This document shows, in pieces, positions 36,618 to 50,161 of a stretch of 64,000 nt of DNA. The notes below the pieces were generated by a model, which worked only from the letters and a program-made list of their open reading frames with translations, did no database searches and was not told the DNA's origin. Both the position numbers and the translations under genes were made by a program. The stretch lies in assembly GCA_965178125.1 (NCBI GenBank), contig OZ237736.1:620001-684000 (forward strand), read 5' to 3'. Numbering within the stretch: position 1 is the first letter of the stretch; the number at the start of each line of letters is the position of its first letter. The DNA is from Bilabrum cf. latius. Lineage: Eukaryota.

Positions 36618-39600
36618 TCAGATCGCCTCCAGCAACTGCTCCACTCCTCTAGTGTACTGAACCAAGTCCACGGACGGTTTCATGAGCTTATCCAAAGCTT
36701 GGACTTCCTCTTGCGAGGGAGTCTTGGCTGGAGAAACCGTGGACTGCCCCGTGGCTGCACGCCCGTTGCGGTCCTGCGAATCGGTTCCAAACACATCCGG
36801 GATCCGTGCCGATCGTGCCATTGCTTTGCGCTCAACTAGCGACAGGCAGGCACGAGAGTGCAGTTGCCTCGTTGCATCGGCAAGAAAGCGAACCCTTGCA
36901 GACTGCATGTCTTGGTCAGAATAGTCTGGTGTCAGCAGAGTCGAGACCACAGCGAACCGCAGCTTCTGACAGCTCCGTTGCACCGCCCTCCAAGCGCGAA
37001 GCTCCCACCTCAGAGCTCCTAGCCCTCCCGAATGCATGCCCATGCCTCGTTCCGGATCATCCCCGCTGCCCTGCTATGGCGCAGACCCATCCAAGTCCGA
37101 GGGACGCACCGATGAATCAACTGCTGGTGCCGGATTGAATCTTGAGAAGGGTGCACTGAACTGAGATTTCTCCTCCACAGGCTCAACGGAATACTTCTTC
37201 ACGATCTGCGGCAGGAAAGAATGAAACGACTTCCCGCTGGCCGGTTGCACCAGCGCTGATGCATCTGCGGGGGAAATGCTGGTCCACTTCGGATTTCCGC
37301 CATGCTAGCACTGGAACGAGTAGTACCCTGCATAGGTGACGCCGAGAGAGCCGCAGTAGCCTGCCCTGCGAGCTGCACAAGACGCACACGCAAGGAATTG
37401 CGACCCCATCGACTTCACGCGAGGGGCAAATCTGTTGTAGTCTACATCCGCAAGCCCTGGAGGGATCACCACGAAGCATGGCTGCCTGATCTTACGAGAG
37501 GAGAGCGCCGTGCATAGGCCAGACACTAGGCATGCTTCCGCGAGCATTCTTGTGTCTCCCGTCGGACGGGGAACGACTCGACTCCGCTTGCTCTCTTCAA
37601 AGAGCGATTTTCCAGTCGGAAAGCTGCTGCCAGTGCTCCCGTATCCAGCCGGGTTGATACTGGCACTTCCAGAGCCAGCTGCAGCGTCGGTAGAGCCGCC
37701 ACCCGCGGCTGCCCCTGCATTGCTGCCAGTGCCCCCACTTGCTGGTGCATCATTCATTTTCATCTTTAAGAGCTTCATGGAGGATGCGATCATCGCGTAC
37801 GCCTGATTATTCCATGCGGATGATACCGATCGAATACCTAGACCGCCAGTCGTCCACTCTCTCAGGTTCACGCCGAACTTGAGCCCTGGTCCATCCTTGC
37901 TAGAAGTCGACTTGCTGCCAGATGACTCTCCTTCGACTGCGTCCGATAGCTGTTTGGTGAACTTCACCCCGAGCACGCCTTCAAGACGCAACAATATGGC
38001 CTGCAGCCGATCGCCGTTCCTCTTCGCATCGTCTGACATGTCGGAAAACACGCCAGTCGCTCGCGATACCCCTTCGTACTGGGGGCCCGACTTGAGCCTG
38101 TCTCGCAGTTCGACCTTCCTTTCGTCTATAGCTTTCTGTTCGTCCTGAGATACCTCCCCTTCGTTCCAAGATGTAGGCTACAGGCCCCCTGCTGTGCCAA
38201 CAGGGCATTTGTGGGAGTATCCATCCCACTTTCGCTTGCAAAGATCGCAGTACTCGTAACCGCACTCCTTGCAGGTCATGTGCTTGCAGCCGCCTTGCTT
38301 CTCGATGAAGACCTTGCAGTTGGGGCACCGCTTGAAGCTCTTCAGCATCATCTCTAAGCTAGCAGCCTCTGTCGATTTGTTGTGAGACTGCAGCCACATG
38401 GCCCACTGCTCGCACGAGGCTGGGTTGTGCGCCTCCTCGCCGCATAGAACGCACGCGCACCTCCCACAAGAACACTTCACCGTGCTCGATTCTGAGTCCC
38501 ACGCTGGAACCAGAACTCGCTAGCAAGCTATAGATCCGTTTGCCAACGAGCCTAGGTCTTCGGCGTCAGCCTCATCACCATCAGCAGCCGCATCCTGATT
38601 ACCACTGCCACCGGCTCCAGCGCTCGGAGTGCTTGCCGCCGCAGCCCCGCCAGAGCCACCAGACGTCGCCGCCATCTGCAGGGCTGCCATGTCAGATACA
38701 GCGGCAGGGTCTGCTGGCGGCTTCTTGCAGAATCTAAGCTCTCTCTACTGGTTCACGAACGATGTAAGCAAGAAGTACATGAATCGGCGGTACTCGTCAG
38801 GACCAGCGGAGCGCCGCCACAGCGACTCGGAGCATCCGCTGCCGCACTCGTGCTGAAGACATGCCCCTGTCAAGATGCACGCAGGGCCGGACTTGACCAT
38901 GGTGCGGAAGTGCTCCGACCAGCAGTTGTTGCAGAATCGGTGTCCGCACGACATGGCACTGGTCTGGTCCAACGGCACGCAAGCGAAGCACACCTCGCAC
39001 ATGAACTCCTCGTCGGCATCCTCTGCAGCAGCACTGTCTCCTCTAGATGTACCCAATGCCGCTGCACTACTTCCAGACGACGCATCTCTTGACGTAGCCA
39101 CGTATGTGCTTGCATGCGCGCGACCGTCGGGCGACAGCTTGGAGGCCTCTGCAGTCATCACAGGGTCATCCAGGAAAGTGGACACGGCCCGTTCCACGTC
39201 CCACTTTTGTGCCCGGAGCAAGAGTTCCCCATCGTCTAAGGAGAGACCAAGGGTTCCAGCCAGCTGTGCAGCCCTAGCCATGCGCAAGAGGTGCGTCTGG
39301 CTGGCCGTCAGGCTGGCCGATGGGCTTCCCGCATGAAGCAGATCGGCCACCTCCACGATCATGGCAGACGCCGGCACGGAGCCTGACAGCTCTGCATACA
39401 TGTGCTCGATATCCGCGTCGATCTGGGATTTTTCTCGCGCGAGGGCTGGGGCAGACAGCTGGTCTCCAGGGTCGGCTTCCGACATATCAGCCTCGCTGCC
39501 GGCAGACTCTCCGTCGCCTGCGACGTCTTGTGTTGAGCCGGACCGCTGAAACAAACTCATCGAGGCTCGGAGCGCCGCCTAGAGTGCGTCTGCGAATCCC

Positions 39601-42600
39601 ATTCCGGCATTCTAGTCCTGCTATGGTTCTGTTCCAACGCTAGTAACCGCATCTGCAGCAGCCTCGAGCTCGGGCGCCGGGGCTAGCTTCTCCATCACTC
39701 GAGTCGCGACAGCGAGATGCCTTGCAGTATCGCGCAGCACTTGCCGCACATCGTGCACGCCCTTCCTGCTGGATGCTTCCGAGGTTGGACACCCTGCACC
39801 AGACCCAGCTGCTGTAGCAACAGCTGCAGCCATCGAGGCCGAGCCATGCTTTCCAGTGAAACCAGTCCCAGAGGAGAACTCGTGCGCGAGTGCCATCACC
39901 GCTGCATCGTAACCCACGCGCCCAGCGTCCGTGCCGTCAAAACCGTTTCCCTCCAAAATACCTGGTATGGGCTTTCCTAGCTCAACAGCGTCCTTGCTCT
40001 TGCGTGCAAGAACACCGCATAGCCGCAGGCAATCAGACACGTGGGCCCAAAGGCGGCTTAGCTCGGTGCCACCGTCACACGCACACCGAGAGCACGAGGA
40101 GCTCGCCCTAAGGATCGGCGTCATCGCACCGCACTCGGCGCATTTCCAGCTCGCAGTTAAGGCGCTCATGGTTGCTTTAACAGCCTCAGCCTTCTTCTCA
40201 TCGAGGAGCGACACCCTCTAAGCTTGCTCAAGCTCCTTAGCGTCCTCGCTCTGCACAAGAGCGCGTACGAATGACCCTCCAGTGCGCTCCACGAGCCAGT
40301 CAAGCGACTGCTGCTCGAATGGGTGCAGGCTGTCGTAGTCTCTAGCATCGATGGCATCCTGGGACACGGAAATGGCGGTGGGTTGCAGCGATTCCTCCTC
40401 GACAGACAGCCCCATTGCTGCCATGTGCGCGTCTGCATCAGGGTCTGCAAGACTGTCAGCGTCCGGTATGCTGTCCAAGTCGGACACATCAGAATCTAAA
40501 CCAGATCTGTCTTGTTTCTGTTCTTCCGCCCCAGTCGCCCCAGCGCTTCGAGGGCGACGTTGTTGATACGCATCTCGAGTTGCTTCCCGGCCGTCACCAC
40601 CGCGCTTCAGCGGCTCGATCATGACAGCCCCCATGGACGGAGGGCGGTACAGGGGGGCATGAGCACCTGCTGCGTTGAGATGCTGCAAGACCTTCATGCA
40701 CTTGCTTGCGCCTGCAACCTGTGCGATGTGCGCAGCCGTGGCGCCGGTGCTCGTCATCCTGTGGTGGACGTCGGCTCCGTGCCGAAGGAGCAACGCCAGC
40801 ATGTTGGCATCATCGCGCACAACTGCAAGCATTGCAGCAGTAGCACCAGATTCCGTTAGCTGCAGCACGGCAGGACTGGGCCCGAACACTCTTGACGCCT
40901 AGATTTGCCGCGAGCGGAACGCACCAAGCGTGGCAGGTCCAACCGCCTCTGCGCCATTGGCGTAGAATGCTGCCGCCGCCGTGCTTCTAAACGACACCAG
41001 CGGCGCAGATCCTGTAGATGAGGGCACCGGTGGCGGCGGCCCAAGAAGGGCTGCAGCAGCCGCCGCATTGCCCTGCATGACTGCCACATGTAGAGGGCTA
41101 ACGCCAAGCCCGTCCAGTTCTAGCTGCATTTTTGGCAGAAGACGAGACACGATGAATAGCGAAGCCACATTGCCTCCTTGCGCGGCCATGTGGAGTGTCG
41201 ACCGCGACCGAGTGAGGGATACAATTCGAGACGGTACAGCGTCACGACCTTCGGCAGAGACAAGGTTGCCACAGAGACCGAGCAGCTCCTGCATGCGCAT
41301 AGCGTGATGCTGCAAGGTGTCCTCATCCGACCCTGCCAACGAAACCGCCTGGTTCGGTCGCTGTGCACCAGGCGGGCTCTTCATACTCACTGACGCCGAG
41401 TAGCACGTGTGGGGCAGCTGCACTAGGCAGGCGAAATGACTCACGCTGCCGCCTGCAGCTGCCAGATCCGCTGCACCCAACCCGTCAGATCGGCGCTGGT
41501 GCGTCAGCGATATGACTGGTCCATGCTGCCCGAGCTCTGGTCCCGGGGGTTCGTGCTTGCTAGCAGAGGCAGGACTGCACCTGTAGAAAGGAGATTGCGA
41601 GATACCTTGCGCAAGGGGTGGGCCCGGAGTCTGGTTGAACGGATGGCTTGACTTGCCCCCAACATTCGGCACCAAAGAGTAACTACCGCTGGCCCTCTTG
41701 CACCCGAATTCAGCTTCAACATCCAGTTGTCTCCTGCTTGTAGTACCCCGACTAGCGGCAGCTGTGCCAGTGCCTCCGCTTGCATACGACGCGACTGAAA
41801 CGGCCGCACTTGCAGCCAATGATGAAGCCAGCTGCCGCTTGAGGTCGGTGTCAAGCACTCTTGCGACTGGACGGAGCTGCATTCCCTGAGCTGACTGCCT
41901 GAACTTAACTGCGCCAATAGCTGCACGCACCAGAGCATGCTGCCCGCTCTAGCATGCAAACAGCAAGGGTCTTGATGCCAATGGCCCAATTGGAGCTGTC
42001 ATTTCATCGCCGGTTGACACCAGGCGGATTTGCATGCGCACGGCTGGGCCGTGTGCGACGGAGCGCAGGTGAGCAGCTCCATTGAGGAGGCTCTGCACGC
42101 CGGTAGGCACAACTCCCGCGAACTGCTCATCATCCATGTGCTTGGAGAGGCCATCCTCAGTGCTGACAGGTGCCTTGCCATCCCCGGCCTATAAGGGAAT
42201 CCACACGTCTAGCGTGAACGGGTCCGACTCGATGCCATCAGGCTGAGCTGGGCGCTGCCAGGGATCCACTGCAACGTCAGACACTCGACTACGAGATACA
42301 GGAAGCTGCTCGGCCAGTCCGAGGAGGTCGAGCGCAGCCGCCTTCTTGCTGGAAGCGGACGCCAAGCCTGGAAGCTGCCCCGACTGAGACGACAGCCCCG
42401 GGCCGCGCGAGCCCTGTGATAAGGCTGGGTTGGCACGTGAAGCGAATCGTAGCCGAGGCGCAGGGCATGCGAGCTGCTGCAGGTGCCGAAGGGTGGCCTC
42501 CCTCTGCTCCCGCACGTGTGGCGACTGGAACGCATGGTGCCTCCGCCGCAGCCGCTCTGCAGCAGTGGCTAGGCCGAGTGCCTCGAGCACCATTCCCCTG

Positions 42601-44468
42601 GGTGCACCATGCTGGCCGAACTGGCTCATGCCGGGCGAGCCTTGCGACATGGCAACACGGGCGACGGCAGCTGCGTACTCGCTGCACAGCTGCGAGGCGT
42701 GCAGAGCCACAAGGTCTTTGATTGCATGCCGTTCTTGCCTTGGCAGCTTCTGCAGGCCGAACATTGACGTATCACGCCGAAGAACGGCGCCAGCCGGAGC
42801 CTCGCCGAAGACCCCGGTTCTCGCCACTGGCGACTCGGACCCTGCAGCAGAGCTGGCAGCGGACTGCGTCCTGCTTCTCGCCCTCGAAGACAGAGGCACA
42901 AGAGGGGAAACAGACGACGAGTCGCTCCCCTTTCCTTCCTCCTAGTCCTCCCTGCTCGCCTCGGTACCGCCGCTGTCGCCGAATCGACCTGTGCTGCCTC
43001 CAGCGTAGGTCTGAATCCCACCAGGGGGAGACGCCGCCGGGGCTAGCTCGGGCACGGCATTGCGCATGCTCATCCACTGCCTGTGAAGCCCAGGCACCTC
43101 CGATGCCTGCCGCTGAGCTGCTTGCAGGATGTCTCCTAGCCTGATTCTTGCGTACTGCTTCGAGTGCCACAAGCCGCCCCACGCCCCCCCCTACACTCGA
43201 ACTCTAAGCTCCGCGCCGGCACGGAAAGGGAGCCCCCATGCCTGCTGGGGATCACCCGAGGTGAAATCAAAGCCGGTTCCACCTGCCTTGGCGTGCTTTC
43301 CCATGGCACTGACTAGAGCTGGCGACTCTTTGGCTGTGTGGAGATGGTGACCGCCAACCTGCATGCTTGCCTGAGTCCAACTCGCCGGTGATAGCGCAGC
43401 CGCCGGCCAGCCGCGCACTGATACGATTCGCGCGAACAGGATGGCGGGTCTGGGGGCACTCCATTCGTTCGAGGCACCCGAACATCTCCAGTATGTCCTT
43501 GTAGATTCACAGCCAGTGGCTCCGCCCGTACGGCCAGCAAGTGAGGCAGTCATGCCTCCCGTCGGCCGCGGTTGCAGACGCAAATCTGGGTGATCTCTCC
43601 AGCCTGTCGACGTCCAGCGAAGCGGAACTACCTCTGCAAGAAATAGTAGTCGAAGTGGACCAATTTGTAGGCTATTCAATGTTGAATTCAGCGGCAACGA
43701 GCTGAAGCGCGGTACGGTTGTTGCAAGAGTAGCGACGAGACGTGAGCACGTCAATGGTCGTAACATCGAGAAAGCCCAGCAGCACCCTAAAGAAAACGAA
43801 TTACAACTTACGGTATTTTCGAAGACGCCCAAAGAACGATGCGCGAAGAGAAGGTGGCAGAGGGCCGTCTCGAAACCACTCAACTTGAGGCCGGGCATGG
43901 TTACCTGGTAGAAGCGTTTGGCCCACGGCGTACGTGTCAACGTCATAAACATCAGTTGTTCCCGTCTTCTGCCATCGAACCTTAACTGCATTGGATCGCA
44001 TTCGGGGTCTAATTGTTTGGCCAGACGGGTCGCTCGGATCTCGAAACCCTGCTTCCACAACATACCCGATTGGCAGCTGCCGAAACCATCCAGTTCGAGT
44101 CAGCCGTTTTCCTTCCTCCAACCCATCTTCATTCCCTGTATCCCACTGAGGCCCACGGACCACGATGTCGCCGACAACGAGCTTGGCGAGCTAAGCGGGC
44201 GGCCCACCTCTCGACATTCGCGGCTGTATTTTGGGGCTACTAGTGCTGATGCTTGGAGGACCGGGTCGACTTGATCCGATTGCTGCGATAACTGGAGAGT
44301 ACACACGTACAGTCTGGTGCCACAAAGCATAGCAACTCGAGACATGGCATGCAGACAGCAGTACTTACAGCCCCCAGAATCCAGACAGCGGTTAACGTGC
44401 ACCTCAATTTCACTCTAAGAAAATTGTTTGTTACATATAGGACACGTAGCAGTGCTTACTGCACTCAT
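36618..44468 (-). CDS. Giant Ariadne-type RBR E3 ubiquitin ligase: UBZ4 - MIB/HERC2 - ankyrin repeats - UIMs - UBA-like - RING1-IBR-RING2 - Ariadne domain (about 2,530 aa)
   Basis: Eleven supplied ORFs from 36618 to 44063 share one frame; ten end in TAG and the last in TGA 36618. 5' exons encode CPICNKQFS*SEIEVHVNRCLD and VGDIVVRGPQWDTGNEDG. Also TLHMAAQGG, GVSPLHVAV, CEVC..CGHRFCNNCW, CSCG..CVLCGEEAH and CPNC..IEKQGGCKHMTC. Introns at about 44292-44368 and 43634-43811 are inferred. Confidence 0.75.
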
Positions 44469-44648
44469 TTGAGCTACTAGCAGAAGTGTTGCCGCTGGTT
44501 TCTTCATTCTTGCATTCATCTTCATCTGTGTTTGCACATCAATGCACTGCATCTTACCGGAGCAATTTGCCTTTTTACTGCCATTTTGCGCCCTGCGTCG
44601 AAGTTCTGGCTTAAAATGTGTACATATTGATGCATGCTTAATTTTCAG

Positions 44649-47591
44649 CGCCACGAAATCGGAAAGAGCGAGTGGGTATTTCTTGGTATCGTCGTCAGTG
44701 AACCTGAGCGATTACGTGCCGCCAATCGATGGGTTCGAGTGGATATAGATGAGGTCACTGGAGACGAGCCTGGCAAGTAGCCATAGCAAGTAACGCACGA
44801 CGACGATGTTACTAGTCGCCACCTCCCGGAATGGTTAAAACGAAGCAGACGAAACATTGCTCGTTTTTCTTCGTCACTGAACGAGCTGAAAGACGGAGTG
44901 TCTCGCTTGAAGGTTGGAATTGCCGCACTCAATGAAAAGGCCCAATAGACTGCCTCCGACAGAGACAACCTGGCTGCCCTCCAGGAGTCTGACGCTCGAA
45001 TGAGAGCGCTGCTGCGCAGCCGTAGCACGTTTGTAGAGTTCTTTTGCTAGTCACCTTTGGAGGTTGCGGCATGCATTGTGTCATGCTTGAATGTATCTGA
45101 CTTGTGTGCAACCGCTCGTCTGTGCAGATCTCTTACTTTGAGTCTGCAATCCAGTGCGAGCGCCATGGCCCCACTTTGGCAGGCGTCGATCGCGAGTTTC
45201 GGAGTGTGCGGAGGCATCACAGGCGGAGACGGATTGCAGCGGCTGGCTTCCACCTATCGAGGAACGGAGGTTGCACTTCATCCAAGCAAACAGGCTGCCT
45301 TAGCCCATTCTTGGCGAGGTGCACGGGCAAGCCAAGAGCTGCAGGATCACCATGACGCCAGCAAAAGCAGCGGTTCATTAGCAGTGCGCGATCGTAGAAA
45401 GTCTGCTGGATCAAGCCGCTGCACAAGTATGCCCGCTGTCCAAAAAGGCGCCGTTGCTTCGTCGGAAGCCGATGGCGCCGCTCCGCACCACGATTCTCGC
45501 GCACATCGAGGATTTCACGTCGGTCTTCTTGTGGCGCTCGAGGCATGCAGGAGTCTTGCTGCCAGGCTGAACCGGGCGCTAGATGACGCCGCAGATCGAG
45601 CTTGGCACAGAGCAAGCAGCATCCTCCAGGGGAGCAGTAATGTATCCTACCGACCAAGGGCAGTGGCGCATGGCCCATTTTCGGGCGGGAGACGAAGCCG
45701 CGCGGCAAAGAGCTCAGTATTCCATGACCTGTCCTCGAGCCGGCTACATCGCGGCTTGGAAGGCGCGTGCATCGTGTGCGAGTGCGCCGCACGGTCTGCA
45801 CTTGAGTACAGAGCAGAGGCAAGCCATCCTCGCCTGAGCGCTTCCACTGCCGCTGCCGGAGCCACTGCCAGTGGCCGTACCACCGCCAGGCGGTCCCTCC
45901 AGCAGGCAAGTTTTGCGAGTCGCACGTGGATCGCGCGGCTGGACCAGATGGAGCTGAATCGGGCATTGTACGCAGCTCTGCAGGAGGACCAATCGCAGTA
46001 TGTGGAGCTTGCAGCGCATGCTATGGCTAACCTGATAGCTGCACGAACGCACCACGCCGAAGCGCAGCGCATTATGCAGCAACCCGATTGGGTAGCTGGG
46101 AAACGAGATCACAGCTATGGGCTCGCCGGTGGTGATGCACCGGGCAAACTTAGAGACCATAAGCTTGAAAGCCACACAACCGGCACCCAATCAACATCTC
46201 GCGGCGGTTCTGCAACGCGCAGGAGTGTGCCAGGCATGGCGAGACGGCTCCGCGACCTTGTGCCGATCGCATCCAAATCCACGCAGGCTCTGCCAGCGAT
46301 GCACTCTGCAAGAGCGCTTTGCTCTCTCTTATTGTAGGATGCTGACCCTGTAATTGCTCCGGTCTAGGACTACATGATGAGGCATCTGCTTGGCCCGCAG
46401 CCCCCTGTGGGTCTATTAGATCTGTCTGTTGCTAGGCACGCCAGCTCGCCATTGCCCGACAATCATATTCATCTACCTGCATTGCATCAGTCGGACCCTG
46501 CAGTACCCAGACCTGTGCAGTCGCTACAGCGTGCGAGGGTATGCGCGCAGCACGTCGAGTATCCACAAGTGGCTGTCCTGTGGCCAAATCCTGGCACGTC
46601 GGAAGGGGGTCAGCACGAGCACACCAAAGCGATAGTACCCGGCGGGGATGTCTCTCCACGCACTGGCGGTAGTGTATCTCGCATGCTATTTGCAGCAAGG
46701 ATTCAAGCTGCATCCAGCTCTAGTGCAGCTCAACTACCGCAGAACCCGCTGATCGATGGCTTGGTGGACCCCGCTGGGTCACCTGCTGCCTCTGAACTAC
46801 CTCACATGGATACTTGGGTCGGCAGCATGGCATCATGGAGTGGCGCTGCCCAGCCGCAAATGCTCCTTCGGGTCGGCCTATTCCCTGACGGTGTTGTTTG
46901 CGGCTACGGTGCTTGCTCTGATGGCCAGCACGTGTTGGTTGGCGGGCGGATGCAGGTCAGCAGCGCGGCAGGGTAGGCGGCGGGGCGGCTCCATGTGACA
47001 TACATGAAGAAGCGGCGGGTAGGTAGCGAGACTTGCATGGATGGCAGGCAAGGTGGTGCCACCGGCAGTGCGTCTACAAGATGGCCAGAGATGCACCAGT
47101 TAAGTTCACCAAGGGTTGAGCCTGATGATACCTCAGGCAGCATCGACATGAGCGCCGTGCCGCATACTGCCCTTGGACTGCTGCATAGACTCAATGCAGC
47201 TGGAGGCGTGCACGGCGTGATTGAAGAAATGGAGCGGGAGTCGGCTCACCTGGTGCTGCTAGGGTACAGCTGCGGGTATCGACTACGGGCGGGGGCTGCA
47301 GGTCGGCACGTCGACATCCCATGGCCGAATGGCGGGGTGTTTGGTACCTGGGAGGTGGCGCGCTCCAAAGGAGGCGGGGGGAGCAGCGCGATGTCACGCA
47401 GTCCCAGTCGGGGATGTGCACCCTTGGGCGCGGGGGCAGCTCCAGGGAGCGCTTCCTTGCCACCCGTGGGTGGTGCTGCTACTGGCAGCACCAGCTAGCA
47501 TCAGACTGTGCCGTCACGTGACCGGCGGGAAGCCGTGCGTGGCGCTGGCGGCGTCTTTCGGCTGACAGTGCTCCCGGGGTAGACAGGATGA
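44649..47591 (+). CDS. F-box protein (start unresolved)
   Basis: C*SPLEVAACIVSCLNVSDLCATARLCRSL is F-box-like. One frame with TAG-only interruptions (e.g. 45048, 46335, 46974, 47496, 47580) runs to TGA 47589. Confidence 0.6.
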
Positions 47592-47748
47592 CTGCCATAG
47601 AATGACTACCAAAGGATATTGTTTTGCCCCGTACTCAATTATATGGATCATGAACGTTCACTGGGAGCCTCTGGAATTCGTCCCATGAGATCGGTCGCCA
47701 GGCCTCAGCCTCCGAGGATCACCCGCCATCGCTGGCTATCTCACTAAG

Positions 47749-48141
47749 CTCGGCTATCGACATGATTTCCCTACGTCGCATTGCCCTTGGAATGCTGCAT
47801 AGACTCAATGCACCTTGTGGTGGGCACCGCGCAATGGATGATGGTGCGGGAGTCGGCTCACCTGGTGCTGCTAGATGGGCACCAAAAGGGGGTTGCTGGA
47901 CGGCATGTTGACATCCCATGGCCCAATGGCGGGGTGTTTGGTACCTGGGAAGAGACGCGATGTTTGCAGTCCCAGTCGGGGATGTGCACCCTTGGGCGCG
48001 GGGGCAGCTCCAGGGAGCGCTTCCTTGCCACCCGTGGGTGGTGCTGCTACTGGCAGCACCAGCTAGCATCAGACTGTGCCGTCACGTGACCGGCGGGAAG
48101 CCGTGCGTGGCGCAGGCTGCGTCTTTCGATTAGCTGTGCTG
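47749..48141 (+). pseudogene. Tandem partial duplicate of the F-box gene 3' end (source about 47132-47573)
   Basis: About 47967-48113 is essentially identical to about 47399-47545. The upstream part is diverged, with deletions. Confidence 0.9.
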
Positions 48142-48255
48142 CATGCCTGTGGCGGAACGGAACGTTCCACACGAACCGAACCGAAACGTCCACCGCACAT
48201 GATGAATCGCAATCGCTTATCGGTGCAGATCTACGCTCTAAAGTACCTCACAGCA

Positions 48256-49941
48256 ATGGCTGCGCCGACAGTTCTAATTTTGATGTCATCAGTCGTCGTG
48301 TTGGTATCTAGCAAGGATCCTCTGGATGGGATAAAAGTCGCTGCGGTGCAAGCATACCCGCATCCGGAGCTCCAGCCTAACCTTGCACTGTACGCACCTG
48401 TCGCCGCCAATGCGTCTCAGTCGGGTGCAGAATTAGTTGTATGGCCTGAAGGCAGCAATGGATGGGTATTCTTGGCATCAAACGGATCTTTCGATCGTTC
48501 TGCGTACGCAAACTTCGGGGAGCAGCTGCCTGCGGTTGGGTCCCAGGCATCTACCGGTGGAGTGCAGATGAAGTCAATTGCTCAGGCCGCGCAGCAGAGC
48601 AGAATATAGATTGTTGCTAATTTGATCGAGATAGCTCCCTGCTCATCATCGTCGGACTGGCAATGTCCACCGGACGGCCGGTTTCTGTTCAATACTGACG
48701 TTGTTGTTGACCCGGACGGAGTGTTTCAGGCAGTCTACAGGAAATCTCACTTGAGTGGCACAAGTCCAGCCCTCGATTAGCCAGCACGACCAGACCCAGT
48801 CACGTTCAAGACGCCATCAGGGCTCCTTGCAGGCCTGCTGATCTGCCAGGATCTCTCCTTCCCACAGCCGTCGAGCCAGTATGCGAGGCCAGGCAATCAG
48901 GTAGATCTCGTGGTGTTTTCCACCGCGTGGTCTAACATAGCCCCTACCATACTCGTCACAAGCCTTGCACAGGCCTTCGCCAAGAATAACAAGGTGCCGA
49001 TCCTCGTGGCCAACCTGAACCAGGGCCCATCCAGGGATGGGGGAGGCCTATTCCTGTCCGATGGGACCCCTTAGCGCGTGTTTCTGCGACCTTTCAATGA
49101 AATTGGAGGTCTTGTGCTCCTCACCGCTTTCCTGCCTCACAATCAGGGTGCTGCAGCTGCGAGCTCGCAGCCTCTTGCGCTGTCTGCTTTGGGGGGTACT
49201 GTTGCACCAGACACGAGCGGATCGGAAGTCCGGGTCAACTAGAACTAGCTTCCTGCCACCACCAGCTACAGCGATGGGCAAGCAATCGCGAGCACTGCTG
49301 TCAGCACAACCGATTCTGCGAGCAAGACGTAGAGCACCCAAGGGCTTCTGCGGCACGGCACTGTGGCGCCGGTTCCGCAGCAATGCAGTGTGACCGGTTT
49401 CCAGATCCCTGCTCGCTGCCAACGCACCCCAGTGTCATTGAAACGGGCGCTGTACTCGGTGAATCCACCGACAGGCGGCCACTTGGAGTGCTCGTTGATA
49501 TTGAGGTGGGGCCAGGGCTCGATAGGTCCCGGCGATTCGGCGTCCTACCTCGTGGCAGCGGAATTTCCGCTCGTGGATCCGCATTCCTTGGACAACTTGA
49601 GCTTCTAGATATGCGCTTGGCTGCAGTGCCCGGACTTTCCGGTGTGCCTGGGTCCGTCGGCCGTGCTCGCCTCTCACACAAGGGTGGACTCCTTCGCGCT
49701 CGTGGCGGATGGGGTCAATGCTAGTGCGACTGTGTTTGGGGGCGCCACCGCGGGAATAGGGTTGCCTATTGACCCTCTTCTTGTGAATGCAACCGGGTGG
49801 TCTGCAGCGGACGCTGGGGCTGCGCAGCCAGGCGATGCCAAGCGGGCGTCCGTGGAGTCTATGCCGGGCTTTGGAGCCTCGCAGTCTGCGATGCTGCTTG
49901 GCGCACAGGTCATAGCAACAGCTCCTTTGTATGGGGGTTGA
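48256..49941 (+). CDS. Vanin/biotinidase-family (pantetheinase-like) nitrilase with a signal peptide
   Basis: Catalytic motifs VVWPEG, YRKSHL and ICQDL; CPPDGRFLFNTDVV; C-domain LSF*ICAWLQC (vanin LQIC). TAG at 48607, 48778, 49072, 49240, 49246, 49330 and 49606; TGA 49939. Confidence 0.88.
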
Positions 49942-50161
49942 TGGAGGGTGCATGATTGTTGATATCTGCTATAAAACGGAAAGATTTGCCCGCGCAGCTG
50001 GCCGCAAAAGCCGCGCTTTGCGTTTCTTGGTAACGTGTACATATTGCGATATCTCAGACCACCCATCCATGGGCCTTTCAATTCGTCTGAACAGCCCAAT
50101 CTTGCTGATTTGATCACAGACTAGCTAAATATTAGTATTTTGTGGGAAGTCGCAGGCTGAT

